Below are positions 23,016-41,590 of a stretch of 64,000 bases of DNA, piece after piece. Within the stretch, counting starts at the first letter, position 1; every line of letters begins with the position of its first letter. Origin of the DNA: the human T2T-CHM13v2.0 reference genome, Homo sapiens; the NCBI RefSeq assembly GCF_009914755.1, contig NC_060938.1; one strand, given 5' to 3'. The notes below the pieces were generated by a model. That model searched no databases. It saw only the letters and a list, made by a program, of their open reading frames with translations, and had not been told where the DNA came from. Both the position numbers and the translations under genes were made by a program.

Positions 23016-23490
23016 TATGTCCCTTTTACAGGAGGGTGAGTTTTTCCTCAGAGGGCCGAGTTGGATATTTAAAGCACAGACCTCCCCAGAAAGTACAACT
23101 GTAATGATAAATAATCTACTGTTTTCCCCCTTAATATACTTAATGGATAGTTGGGGGCTTTACAGTCATCTACTTGGTCTCCTGCCTTCCATTCTATCCT
23201 ACCACTGCCCAACACCCGAAAGTAGTATTTAGAAACCCTTAATACCTTCCCGTGTCTACTAATAAAGTCTCAATCTCTTGACCCGGCATTTTAAGACTCT
23301 CTACATGTAATCCTAAGCAACCCTTCCGTTTCGTTTTCTTCCTCTCCTATATATGAAGTCTCTGTTGCAGTTACTCTGAACAGTTCCCAGTTTCTCACTT
23401 GAGTGCCTTTGCTCCTGCCTTTGAGTTCCTAGAAGGTCTTGGATCCCTTTTGCATCTAGCAAACCTATGCTTCCTATAATCTCCTGATGA

Positions 23491-23883
<393 letters not shown>

Positions 23884-25339
23884 ACTGAGTACATATCTTA
23901 TTGCCCTACTAAATTCAAAGCTTCTCAAGGTATAGCTGTCTCCTGCACATCTAGTTCTTCAGTGTCTTTGAACTAGGGGTTCAAAACCTGTTTGCTTGCA
24001 GGCTTCTGGTTACACATGATAGATTGAAAACAAGTATTTATCTGCCATCTTCTAAATCCCTTAGTGTGGGTTCCTTTTCAACCATGTTCAAGAACTAGAA
24101 AAGAGGAAGTACTCATTATTGCTACTGCTATCACTCATTGATAGTTTACCTGCTCTGGACCAGAATATGCCCTTTTAAAGAAAGCATTTCATTTTAAGGA
24201 AAGCAAATTGCTTCTCATCATAGGCCCATCATTTATTTCCAAAAAAGACATCTGGATGAACAGTAGATTTCTGTGATCTAGAAAAGCATGGCTGATTGAC
24301 TAAGTAGGGACAGTGTTAGGAGTGTTCTAAGTCTTTAGAGACTATTTTTACGGTAAGTAATTGTTTATTATTTGCCTACAGATATTTTTTCCCTTTTCCT
24401 TTGCCATTCCAAATACCATCCTGTAAAGCATCTGTCAGCTGTGAGCAGCAACATTCTGAAAAGCATAGTATTGGAGCTTGGAGACACATTTGCAAATTCT
24501 TATTGACATTTTTTTCTTACCAGCACTCTCATTATTTCTTGCTGTCTTCAGTCTCACAGATTCTAGGCCTCTGCTGATTTGCTTGGCCTGCCTTCCATAG
24601 GTTAGAACACTTAAAGTTCACAGGGTATTAATTGTGTTGATATTGAAATGCCATCATTCATTTTTATCTTTCCATTTTTGTCATATTTTTTAAATGGATG
24701 CTTGCTAACTGCTCCGTGGTTTTAGTTCTCTAGCTGCTCTTCTGGATGCTCCCAGATCAAGGCAGTGAAAATGGAACTGATGAAAGTCATTCCCTTGTCC
24801 CTGTGGCTTCAGAAGTGTGTTTGGACTTCCACAGGAGCTTTGAAATGAAGCCGAGAAATTTCATTTCCAGTGGGATTCCCTGACCCCTCCTGTTTCCTCC
24901 AGGATTAAGACATCACAAGAAGGTGAACAGGCAGAGCAGGAAGTGAGGAAATGGACAGTTGGGCCAAGGTGGATGGTCGCAGAAGCCAAATAACACAGTC
25001 TCTTACCAGTTCTCAGCTTCTGCACTAACTCCGTCTCCAAGAATTTGGTTATGTTCTCCATTTTCTGTTTTCTTCATCTCGTGAGAGCTACAAGGATACC
25101 TGGTCCCTATGTGGGCTTTGTTTCACCAGAGAGTCTTGCAACCCCCAACCCCAGAGAGTGGCAAAGGGTGGTGTCTCCACGGTTGTAAGTTCTGATGGAC
25201 TGGAACTGATTTTTCCTATCTATGTAGGCTTTTTGGCATTTGGGGTGTGTGTCCTTGTCTATGCCTAAAGAGGCCACTGGCCTTCCCACCCTTTGCCTGG
25301 CGCTTTTTCCTCTCGAGCAGCTGGGGGCTTCAGACGATA

Positions 25340-25810
25340 CCAGGTGTAACTGTGAGGCTCCTGGTTGGCGTGAGTGCTGGCAAAGCCTGTTAATTAGCAC
25401 AGAAACACCCCAGTGCTCCATTAGCTGGGCCAGGCATTTGGAACCTTCCCCTCCTGTGGGCCCCTTCCTCCTAATGAGAGCTGGAAGAAGGGCCCTCACA
25501 AAACACTGCCTCAGAATAATATTCTGCTTTGTCCCCACCAGTAACCAGGGCTGACAGGATCACTCTGTCCATTTCTCTTCTAATTAGCACAATTCCAGCA
25601 TGGCCTGAGCCAGCAAATAGAGAAAAGCGATCAAAAGCGATCGGACAACCGTACCGAATCACAAACACAAAGAGGGCCATTCCCTGTAATTAGGTGAGAC
25701 AATTCCTCAGTCTTTTCTCGGCTGGAGTTTGCCGCTAAGACTCTTGCTGTTTGGGTCCCAGCAACACAAGTTACATGTCTCCCTGGGACACTAATAAGCC
25801 CCAAATTGTC
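25340..25810. promoter_or_regulatory. Candidate distal VSX2 enhancer module (~-36 kb)
   Basis: TAATTAGC at 25391 and 25581, TAATTAG at 25687, plus cattagc, ctaatga, ctaataa and Sox-like acaat/ctttgt motifs in repeat-free DNA. Position fits the published Vsx2 super-enhancer. Confidence 0.7.
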
Positions 25811-27366
25811 TTCCGCTTCACACAACTCTACCCAGAGGACAGACATGGGGTGGTGGGGCAGGTGGCGGGGAGGGGGTGGGGCAGTGCAGTGAGGGGACGG
25901 GTCTCCCAACAAGCAGCTGCTGCAATGTTTCCCCAACTTCAAGAAGCAGACACTGGGGCTGTGGGCAGAGAGGTAAGAGTCAGTTGGCTTGAGAGAACTG
26001 CTCTTGGCACAGCCTGGCCCCTGTCACTTGAGCTGGAGTCTGAAGCACTGAGAATTTCTGACCCTCAGGGGAAGCCCCCTCTCAGCTATTTGCCCTACTC
26101 TGTTCATTCGCTGCCTCCTGTCTATGGCCCCCTCACTCCTCCCACCTCTGCAGACTGGTAGCATCACTCCAGGAACTACATTGAGCCCTTCACAAACTGT
26201 AAGCCCTACACAACTATAGTTACCATTGCAAAGAAAGCTAACACACAGCACGTGAGTGAATTCTGCCCTAGAAGACTGCATGACCTGGAAGGGGCACCCA
26301 CTGCCCCCCTCACTCTGGCCTTCATTTCTAGCACCCATCACCTTTATGTCCCTGATTGTGTCCCCAACCCCTGCCTACTATCTCCTCTCTCCTGAAAGAT
26401 CCCTGTTTTTTTAAAACAGAAAAGTGGCCCATCTGCCAGGGCAAGAAGCTGTAACTGGCCGCGCTCCATGTGGCTCAGAGGTTGGTCACTTAATGAACAA
26501 AAACAGCTCCCCCAGGATTGCAGCCCATTACGGGGATTACTTGGGGCGATACAGCCGTAAACTTGGTCATAGCCAGGGACAAAGGAATGCAGGGGAGAGT
26601 GGCAGTTGGAATCTCAATTAAACCCAAGTTCGGAGCAGAATTGGGCTCACATATTTTCATCTCTCTCTTGCCCTCTGCTTTCTGTCTCGATCTCTATACC
26701 TGATGTTTCTGAAAGTGACCTCCAATACCAAAGGAGATTCAGTTATGTAGAATCTGAGGAGCCAAAAAACTCAAGTAATCAGAGTTGCATTGTTTTTCTA
26801 CCTTCAGTTTTCTGAGGCACAGAGAGGATAATGATAAGATTTGACTTTTAAAAATAACTTTTGGGACATGCCAAAGAATTGATCCAAATTTGTTCAATTT
26901 CCTACAGTTTCTTTGGTTATAAACAGAACTACCTGGCACATAATAGGTGCTAAAATAAGCATTTGTTGAAAGAATGAACTGTGCCTTGACATTCGGTGTT
27001 CATAGCCTCATTGCTGGTCTAAGATATAGTAAGTGCTTGGATTTTGAGAGAGAGGCAGGGGTGATCTTGTGTAAGTTACTTCTCTCTAAGCCTTGGTTTC
27101 CTTAGGACTTTTTCCACTTTAAAGAGTCATATCAGCATCATGGATAAGGGCACAGGCTCTGAAGTCAGGCTGCCTGGGTGCAAATAGCACCTAACTACTA
27201 GGGTAGCTGTAGAGATTAAACGAGTATTGCAAAGTGTTGAGAATGGTGCATGGCATATCTTACCCATTACGTATATAATTGCTTGATGGATAGATCTATA
27301 AAACAGATTCCATGTAGTATTTAATTTTTTATTATACTCACATTTGTTAAAAATTGACAATCCCTA

Positions 27367-28499
<1,133 letters not shown>

Positions 28500-30599
28500 A
28501 GATAGTTTTCTATGGTGTGAGATTTGTCAGGTTCTCGCAAACCTGTCAGGTCCCTTTCCAGGACTAAGCAGGGTCCACTCAGGCTTCTGCTCCCGCAGCA
28601 GCCTCCTCTGGGCTTTGCCTTCTCTGGGAGCCCATGGAGAGACCCTCGCCTGACTGCAGCCTGAGGCCTCAGGGTCAAGCGAGGCTGAAGGTCACATCCC
28701 AGGGCCTTTCTGGACGCAGCCAAGCCCCAGGAGCCAAGCTGGCCTGAGCCAGTGACTTCACACAAAGGAGCAGCTGAGAAGAGTCAAGTTGGGAAAGTCA
28801 GTGACTTGAGGCTGAGTAGAAATGAGAAGTGCTGGCTGTGGCAGGACCCATGAAGGATATGTGAGGATTGGAACCAGAAATGATCTCTGAGGAATGGTGG
28901 TCGGGGAGGCTCATGGGGAAGCAAGGTCCTGCGAGCTGCTTCACCTTGGCCTCCTACTTCCCGCCATCCACCTCTGCTGCTGCTGCCTCTGCCTTCAAGT
29001 GGCCCAAAGGCTGTTCAGATGTGCAGCTGTTGAGTAAATCATGGTACATTCCCGTAGCGAACTGCCATGCAGCCATTTGGTGTGTTTGCAAAGAGGTTAT
29101 GATATCATGGAAGAAATGGTTTTGTCATAAGGATAAGTGAAATGGCCAGATATAACAATTACAGTGGGGTGGTGAATGGAAGGCAATAGGCGAAGGTGGT
29201 AATAGTGCTTGCTGCCTGGTTGGAGGAATATGGGGTATTGTTGTTTTCTTCTACATTTTCCAAACTCTCTACGGAAACAGGTATTGATTTTATAATACAG
29301 GGAGAAAAAAGCCTCTGGGGCCGGATATACAGATTTTAAAAGCCCTGCTTCTCAGCTCAGCCTGTTATCCTGCACACATGTGCATACATACATAGTTCAT
29401 CGATAACCTTTGTATATGGTAATGAAATTTGTTCTTTAGTATGCAAATGTATATCAATCTGTACACCAATAAGTGTTTACTGAGCACCTAATAAGCATCC
29501 AGCTATACCCTAGGATCTCTACCTCATTGCATGTAATGTGGAAAAAAAAAACTTGTTCCCTATTCATGACAGTCCCATCTCTCCCCACACTCCTCAGAGC
29601 CTTTGCCCAGGAGCAGAAAAAAATCATTCAGTCAGTAGGTGTTCAGTGTTGCCAAATAGCTATCTTTTTCCTCAGTCTTTCCTTACCTACCCTGAGAAAA
29701 TATGTCTCACCTAACTTTGCTGTAGAGTCGTAGCGTTAAGTTTCCCCCAGCTCTTGGACATGCAGCATCTTACTTCAGATGTGTTTGCGAGAGTTTCCTT
29801 CGCTACTTTCTCCTTGCTTCCCTTCCCCTTCCCAATTGGAGAGAAGGAAGAAAAGATGAGTTGGGGGTCAGGAGTAGAAATGGGTCAGAGAAGAGTCTGT
29901 AATTATACTCATGTTTTCATCACAAACAACCAGTTGGAGGCGCTGCACAATCAGGAAAGAGAAGGAAGTGCATTTCATCTGAGTTGGGGTCTGGAAGACA
30001 CAAGGGATATGTAGGAGGTGGTTCTCACTTTTATTGGGAGACAAGTGTGTATATAAAGTCAGTTTCCCTGCAGGATGAGAAGCATAGTCATGGAATTGCT
30101 AAAGAAGATATAAAACCCTCAGGACCAAATGACATGAGAAAATGGAGAAGAATTGACCTTGTCCCCAAGAAGTGACTTGACCACATCAGCCCCAGGTTCC
30201 CAGAATATACAAGCCCACACATCTGACTAGGCCTGGGCTAGAAAATGGGCGGAAATTGGGAGCACTCCCCATTTTCCTTGATAGAAATAGATGGAGCAAT
30301 GAGTAAAATTCTATGCCTGCCACATCTGCTGCGTCCTCCACTAATGTATGCACTTGTCCATCCTGTTTTCCAAAGAGGGACTGCTTTCTGTCCAGCTCAG
30401 AAGAGCAAAACGAAGAAGGAACAATGTCAGCCATGTGTAGCCCTGAATCCTGCCCTACCATTGCGGTCGCTCTAGGGCTTTCAGCCAGAACTGGGGTGGC
30501 CAGATCTGATCAGTCTTCCAAAGGAGCGAAGAGCACTCCAGAACAGACAGCTGAAGCAGTTGTTACAGCAGCAGGATTGCAGGGCAGGCGACGCTTCAC

Positions 30600-30900
30600 A
30601 ACATCACCAAAGACTGATGCAAATTGGTTTGGTTCTGACCCTGTCACACCAGGAAGGATAATGACTCCAGCAGCGCCAGGCATGGGAGGGAGCACGTGGT
30701 GGGGGCTGTGAGGATTGGTGTCTCACTTCACATCTTCATTAATGATCTGAAAGACAGGGGTAAACAGCATGCTAATGAAACCTGCAGATGATTGGTGTTA
30801 CAAACCCCAGAGAGGACAGAGAAATAGCACAACGAGACCCAGAGAGCTTAGAAATATGGGCAGGAGACTGTCAAATGAGACTCGTCCTAGGAAAATGAAA
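30600..30900 (+). mobile_element. CR1/L3-class LINE fragment spanning the RT catalytic region
   Basis: 30729-30792 reads HIFINDLKD / GVNSMLMKPADD with one frameshift, matching the CR1 RT motif FNIFINDL..G...L.KFADD. It is followed by an EDREI.QRD.E.LEIWA-like segment. Confidence 0.8.
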
Positions 30901-31992
30901 GTCGACACGTCAGGGAGGAATGATGAAGGTGCCTCTGGGTGGGGGCCTGCAAACCTGAAAAGCAGAGATGGGTGGCAGGGTCAGGAGGTTGAGGGATATG
31001 ATAAGGTTTGGGGTGTGTTGGAGGGAGACAGAGGAGCTGACCTTGAGGACCCAGGGGACAAATACCCTTGTGCATTTCTGGTCAGGACTGACCATGGGGC
31101 CAACAGTTCATGCAGCTGGGGAACCAAGCAGGTTGTACTGGCCCATTGGCCTGTGTCAGCTCCAGGACCCCTCTGCAACCCAGGACCTCTGATTTCACAG
31201 TCACAAGCTATGCCTATTTGCACCCAAGCCATTAAGGCTAAAAGCGCCATTTTGACCCGACCTGCTATTTTCCTAAAATGAAACAAGCCAAAATACATCT
31301 TTAACATTTTGCACTAAATTATTGGGGAATAGGAAATTCAAGAGCAGAGAAAGCAAAAAATGTCCGTATTTTCAAGGGTTTCCCATTCAATAAAGATTTA
31401 TCAGAGCGTAACTCATTTATATTAAATCTACAAATCTTAAGTGAACAGCTCAATGATTTTTTTCCTTGACCAAATCACTTCACTTCACCAAGTCTTGGTT
31501 TCCTCGTCTGAAATGAGCATAACAGCAGAACATATCTCACAGCTGTGTTGTAAAGATTAAATTAGACTCGGTAAAGCCCCTTGGGCACAGTAAGTACTCA
31601 CATATGGGGTGATTATTATTACTGTTTATTATCCTCTAATTTTATTCCTTAAGCTTTACTCTTAGCTCCCTAAGTAAATGATTAATTTCTTGAAGTCAAG
31701 GACTGCCTTAAACTTCTTTTCAGCTCATGGGTGCTGAATAAATCCTTGTTTGATGGATTAATGTGTTAGAAAATTCTTTTCATATAAATAATTTTATTCT
31801 TACCTAACTCAGATCTACTTTAAATGAAATCACTTTCTTCAAAATAAAACAAAAACAAGTAAAATCCTTATATCACAAGAGTGTTTTGAAGACAAAATAT
31901 TCTGCCTTGAGTCTATGTTAACACCATGTGCTGTCTGGTGAAATTTTAGGCCAGAGGAAATCCCAGCCTGATGATTAAGAGCTCACTTTTGG

Positions 31993-33158
<1,166 letters not shown>

Positions 33159-33179
33159 AATTCAAAGAATATACCTTTG

Positions 33180-33660
33180 CCTATTCCACTTATACCCAAC
33201 AAAAATGAGTTGACACCAAAAGACACGTGTGAAAACAATAGCAACTTTATTCATTCAAGTAAAAAACTGGGGAACAAAGGCCATCAGCAGGAGAATGGAT
33301 AGATTGTATATTCTATGTGGAATGCCAACTGGCAATAAAGAATGAACAAACTACCATGCCGCTTCACACAGTAATATGGATGAATCTCCCAAACACGAAT
33401 GAAGGGCACATACCGTATGACTCCATCTGTATGAAATTCTAGAACAGGCAGAACTAATCTATGTGATAGAAGTCTAAATAGTAGTAACCTTGGAGGTATT
33501 AACTGAAAAGGGGCCCGGGGAGCCTTCTGGGGTTTTGGAAATATTCTCTGTCTTGATCTGAGTGCTGGTTAACACAGGAGGGTATGTGTGTAAACATTCA
33601 TCGAGCTGTGCAGTTAGTGGCTGCACACTTTAGGTAAGCTGTGCCTTAAAAGAAATTAAG
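33180..33660 (+). mobile_element. L1M 3'-end fragment
   Basis: atggatgaatctc...tatgactccatctgtatgaaattctagaacaggcagaactaatctatg...cttgatctgagtgctggtt, typical of the L1MC/ME 3'UTR. Confidence 0.8.
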
Positions 33661-34326
33661 GTTCTCTGAGCCTCTAGAGGGAAGTGTTGATGAAAGCTGA
33701 TGGTTTTTATGTTTCAAACCACCCCATGGAAGCTATTTGGGGCAATAGCATAGGGGAATCTAGAGGACCCCAGACTCACCCTGGGTTCAAAGCTATGAAG
33801 TCAGAAAGAAGGACAGAAGATGGTCAACATGTCCCTTTGGCAGCTGCCACTCATGCTCCACCAGTGACTGAGCATAAGGGCTGGAGGGCCCTGTCCTGTG
33901 CCCTCACTCACCGTGACCTCAATGTGGGGGAGGGCTGTCAGTCAAACTCCAAGCCCAGATGCTGCACCCTTGGGCTCTCCTTCGAGGGAGCACCTTTGTC
34001 TACCCACCCTTTACTGAGAAATCAGTCCCCAGACTGGGGGCTCCTCAAGAGCGAGGACCAGATGTGTGTTTCTGTTTCTCCAGAGCCTGACCTATCATAG
34101 ATGTTCATTGTACAGTTGCCAAATGGATGCCTCCAGTGACCTAACTCATCACTTAAATTCTTCCCAGATGGAACTGGCCACTGATCTTAAAGCCAAAGAT
34201 AGGCTTTTTCACTCATGGATCATTCAGGCACTCCTTCCTAAAATAACTGGGATTCCAAGAGAGCTACCAGCATCTCTGACATGCTTCCGATCAGTGCAAT
34301 TCTGATTCTGTTAGAAAGGATCTTCA

Positions 34327-34582
34327 GGCCGGGCGCAGTGGCTCACACCTGTGATCCCAGCACTTTGGGAGACTGAGGCGGGCAGATTACCTGCGGTTGG
34401 GAGTTTGAGACTAGCCTTTATTTTTAAAATAAAATAAAATAAAATAAATTCAGTTTCTTAGTTGCGCTAGGCACATTTTGAGTGCTCAGTAGCCACTTAT
34501 GGCTACTGACTACCACTGTATTCGACAGTGCAGAACTGCATGCATTTCCATCATCATAGAAAGTTCCAGTGGACAATGATGG
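34327..34582 (+). mobile_element. Alu 5' fragment (34327-34417) abutting a MER3/MER33-like DNA transposon remnant
   Basis: aaattcagtttcttagttgcgctaggcacattttgagtgctcagtagccac...atttccatcatcatagaaagttc. Confidence 0.75.
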
Positions 34583-35989
34583 ATTCCAGGTGATCCTCTT
34601 GGAGCCTGTAGCGGAGGGGAGGAAGGAAATAGGTGGGTAGGACTGGGCCCCCACCCCCAGTTCAACCAGAGGCACTTTGCCTATAAATTCAGATTTCAAG
34701 TTAGATTTCATTTGGGAAAAAAAAGTATGACTTTTTAAATACTTTTTGAAAAGGTAGTAAATACAAACTATATTTAAAATGAACAGATTATGAAAAAATA
34801 CATCTTCTTGCCATCCCATAACCCTCAGACCACTAGTTAACAGCTTGTGGAAACTACACCTGTTCTGCAGCTTGCTTTTTTTTTTATCTTGGATCTTGTT
34901 CATATTGGTACCTAGAGATGTAACAGCTACATACTATTCCACTATATGGATGTGCCTTCAGTTACCTAGCCAGGCCCTGTGATGGACATTCAGGTCATTT
35001 CCTGTCTTCTGCTACTACGAACTATGTGGTGATGAGCAGATACCCTTGTGTTTAGGTATCTGTGGATATATCACTAGCAGGGGAATTGCTGGGTCAAAGA
35101 CCACATGCATTTTAAACTTTAATATATATTGCTGAATTGCATGCCCCGTGCCCAAAAGAGATGGCAACAACAAGAAGGTCTTTTCCCCACACCTTCCACC
35201 AGGCCACTGTGATCAGGCCTGCAGGTGTCCTGCAGGGTAACGGTGGCTTATCTTGGGAGGGGGTTGCCATTGCCTCCCCACAGCACTGGGGCCCATTCCA
35301 CCCAATCACTCTCTCTTCTTGTCACTCCTTCCTGCCACCAAGAATAGTTAACTTTTTATTTTAAAAAATTTTAATGGACTAGTTAACATTTGATTGAGCA
35401 CTCATCAGGCCCCCGGGTACAAATCCTGCTCAGCCTGACCCTGCTCATTCAATTCACAGATTTGTCCTTTACTTCGGTGCTTCATGGACTCTTCATGACA
35501 ACCTCCTGAGGCAGGTACCATTATTATTCCCATTCTACAGCGGAGAAGCCTGAGGTTTAGCGATTAAATCACTGGTTCACAGTCACCTAGCTGGTTAGTA
35601 GCAGAGCTAGGATCCAGCCCCAGGTCTGTGTCACCTCACAGCCTATGCTTAGTTCCAACAGGCTGTCCCACTCACCTGCTTCCCCTCATCCCTCCTCCCT
35701 TCATGGACACCAGCTCTCGCTCCCGCCCTCCGGCCCTGTTAATACCCCACTTCTCTTACGTGTCTTTGCTGAAGTACCCACAAGCCCTCACTCCCTGCCC
35801 ACTCTCTCCCTCTTAAGGTCAGGGCAGACACCTCCATCCGGACCCTTCCTCCCTCACTGCCTTGGCTTCCTCTACTCTTGGCCTTGGGACTGCCCCACCT
35901 GAACTCCTGGGTCGGCCCAGCCCTCCCCTAGGTGATCGCCTCAGCCTACAGGGGCCGGGAGAGCTGGGGAGGGAGAAGCAGCGGCTTGC

Positions 35990-36150
35990 ATCACCTGACC
36001 CTACTCAGCCAATTCACGAAGACAAGATGTCAAGTTAATGAGCCTGTGGGCCTCTAATTAGCTGTCAATTACCTCAAATTAATCACCTCCTCGCCTAATT
36101 AAGCATTATCGGCAGGTGGGCACAAAGCAGACCATTGTGTGAGAGCCATG
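35990..36150. promoter_or_regulatory. Candidate VSX2 enhancer module (~-25 kb)
   Basis: Within ~110 bp: Pax6-paired-like aattcacga, TGTCA (MEIS-type) twice, ttaatga, CTAATTAGC (36054-36062), caatta, aattaatc, ctaattaag and Sox-like cattgt. Confidence 0.75.
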
Positions 36151-36752
36151 AGAAAAGCTGGGCTGGCAAACTTGGTTAGGATCAGCTCTGTGCACTGCGC
36201 CCGCCTCCCCACAGTGCTCAGCCATGGGCCCAGCTGAGAGGCCCTGGGGCCCTCTGCCCACCACTGTCCCCAGACACTGGGGTACTTGGGGACCTCCTGG
36301 GAAGCTGAGTGGACTAGAAGGGAGGTACAGAGCCTAGAGGCAGGTGAGACAGCTTTGGGGCAGTGGGGCGGTAGGAACTGGAGGCCACGGAGAAGGGCGG
36401 AGCTTCAAGGCGTGGTGACCAGCTCCAGGCACTTACTGAGAGCCAAGGCGAGAGCTGGGCAGAGGGGACACCAGGTTGTGGCTGGGCGTCCAGGCCTGTG
36501 CGGGCAGGCAGAGCTGGCTTCCAATGCTGGCCTGGCCACTTGTGAGTTCTGTGAACCCAGAAAGAGACAATGTTTTTGAGCCACAGTTTCCATCCCTGGG
36601 AAGAAAATTTTTTTTGTTCTAAACACTGTCCTGGGTCTTTGTGAGGGTTCAGTAGGATCATGCTTGTGGAGCACCTGCCACATGGTAAATGTTCAATGTC
36701 TTTACTAGTGGCAACAGTGGACATGGGTGGTTTAAGACCCAGGGCCACCTCA

Positions 36753-39830
<3,078 letters not shown>

Positions 39831-41399
39831 ACCCTAACGCTGCTCTGCTACTGCCCCCATTTTACCAATTAGGACACAGAGAGGCTGACAGATGTACCTA
39901 GGGTCACACAGCGAATGCGTGGCAGAGCCGGAAACCCAGGGGGCCTGGCTCCGAACCCCCATGCCTCAGAGGATCTCAAGCACCTTCTTGTATCTTTCTG
40001 TTCAAGGGGAAACCGAGGCACAGAGCAAGTCTAGAGCATACTGTGTGGGTGGCCCAGTCTGCCAAGGACCGACAGGAGGCTAAAGCTAGGCGGCCAGCCC
40101 CTAGGCAGATGACCACAGCAGAAAAGCCTGTGGGGAGAAGAGGTGCCAGCCTGCCCCAAGGTGGGGGTGGAGGGGGCTGTTGGTGCCTCCCAGGATGGGT
40201 GACAGCTGCAGCCTTGGGTGGGAGGCCAGAGGCCCCACACGATAATAACTTTCACTCACTGCCCAAGAGCTAATCCCATTACTCTGCATGGACCCTCTGG
40301 GACCACCTCCCTAACCCCCCTTAATCCCCTGTCTCCCTCTGGGAATGGTCCAAGGGCCTCCCTGCCAGCCCATGCCAGCCCCAGGCACAGGCAGACCTTG
40401 CCCCTCAAGCTCTGTCAGACCACCTGTGCCCATGAATGCCCATCGTGCCTGATTCTTGGGGCCCCAAAGGGACAGCCAAGAAGGGTGGAGGTCCAACCTC
40501 TCTCACCCACCTTCCCTGCCATCCCTGACCCTGCCTGCCAGTCCCCAAGGCACCTTCCCAAAATAGCCTCCGGCTGGGATCCAGGTTTTCTGAGCCTCGT
40601 GTTCCTTTCTAAGCAGGCTTCTGGGGCTTGTTATCGTTTTTGTTGAAGGAATTGGCAGGAGAGAGCTTGGGTCCACAGTATATTCATCTGTAAAATGGAT
40701 GCAATCGCCCCCAATTTCTATAGTCGTTCCGAGGATACAATGAGACACTATGAGACACGGAGGACACAATGAGACACAAGCCTCCGGAGTGTTATTATCA
40801 GTGGTACAGAGCTGTCTTCAGATATGCAAAGGAAGTGGATTTCTTTTGTGTGTTACCAGAAGGAAGCTCCATGGCCAGAAGGCAGATGTTAGAGAGGAAG
40901 ATTCTGAAAGATACACACTGTCCTATAAGGGTGATAAGAGCCACCATGTACTTGTCTTGGTCTCTTCCTTAGGTGCCAGGCACTTAAGCTTCACAGCACT
41001 CTATGAGGTAGATACTGTCATTACCTGCGTTTTGCAGACGTGGGAACTAAGGTTAGGAAACGGCACACAGTGGTGGAGTTGGAATCAAAAACAGCTCTGA
41101 CTCCAGAATTTTCTGGGGCATTCTGCCTCTCAGGATCTGCTTCTAAAAGGGGGAGCTGATGTCTGAGAGCCACTCCGCCCCCAAAGTAGTGAGCTTCCCA
41201 TTTGCCAAAAGTGTTCAAGGTGATGCTGAGGGGCCACACCAGGAACCACCGGTCAGGAGCCCTGAGGTCCCATGGCAGCCCCCAATCCTCCCAGCATCCC
41301 CAGGCGCGGGTTTCCAGGAGGAGCCAGGCCACTGCCCCCTCCCCAGCCTGGACACAGGGGGGGCTCCGTTTGGCGCCCTGGGCCTCCCTCTCCCCCACC

Positions 41400-41590
41400 T
41401 TCTGCTGCTCCTCATTTACATAAATTATCCCTCTCCAATTATCCATCCAGCTGTCCCAACGGTGATCTGTGAATGAATTAAAAATGGAATATAATTTAAT
41501 AATGGCTGATTAGAAGGAGATTAGTTGTTATATAAAAATGAAAAGCCAAGAGCCAGCTAGTTGCCCTTAATCTGAGCCAATACCATCGTT
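41400..41590. promoter_or_regulatory. Candidate VSX2 enhancer module (~-20 kb)
   Basis: AT-rich island in GC-rich surroundings: POU-like atttacataa, several AATTA/GATTAG, E-box cagctg and K50 site cttaatct. Confidence 0.65.

Noticed and set aside
24400-24780. Possible ancient antisense LINE (RTE/L4-like) fragment
   Set aside because: Composition is suggestive but I could not read a diagnostic motif; it needs an HMM search.
30769-31281. 170-aa ORF as a novel gene
   Set aside because: Only its first residues (MLMKPADD) are meaningful, as a frameshifted CR1 RT remnant; the rest has no coding features.
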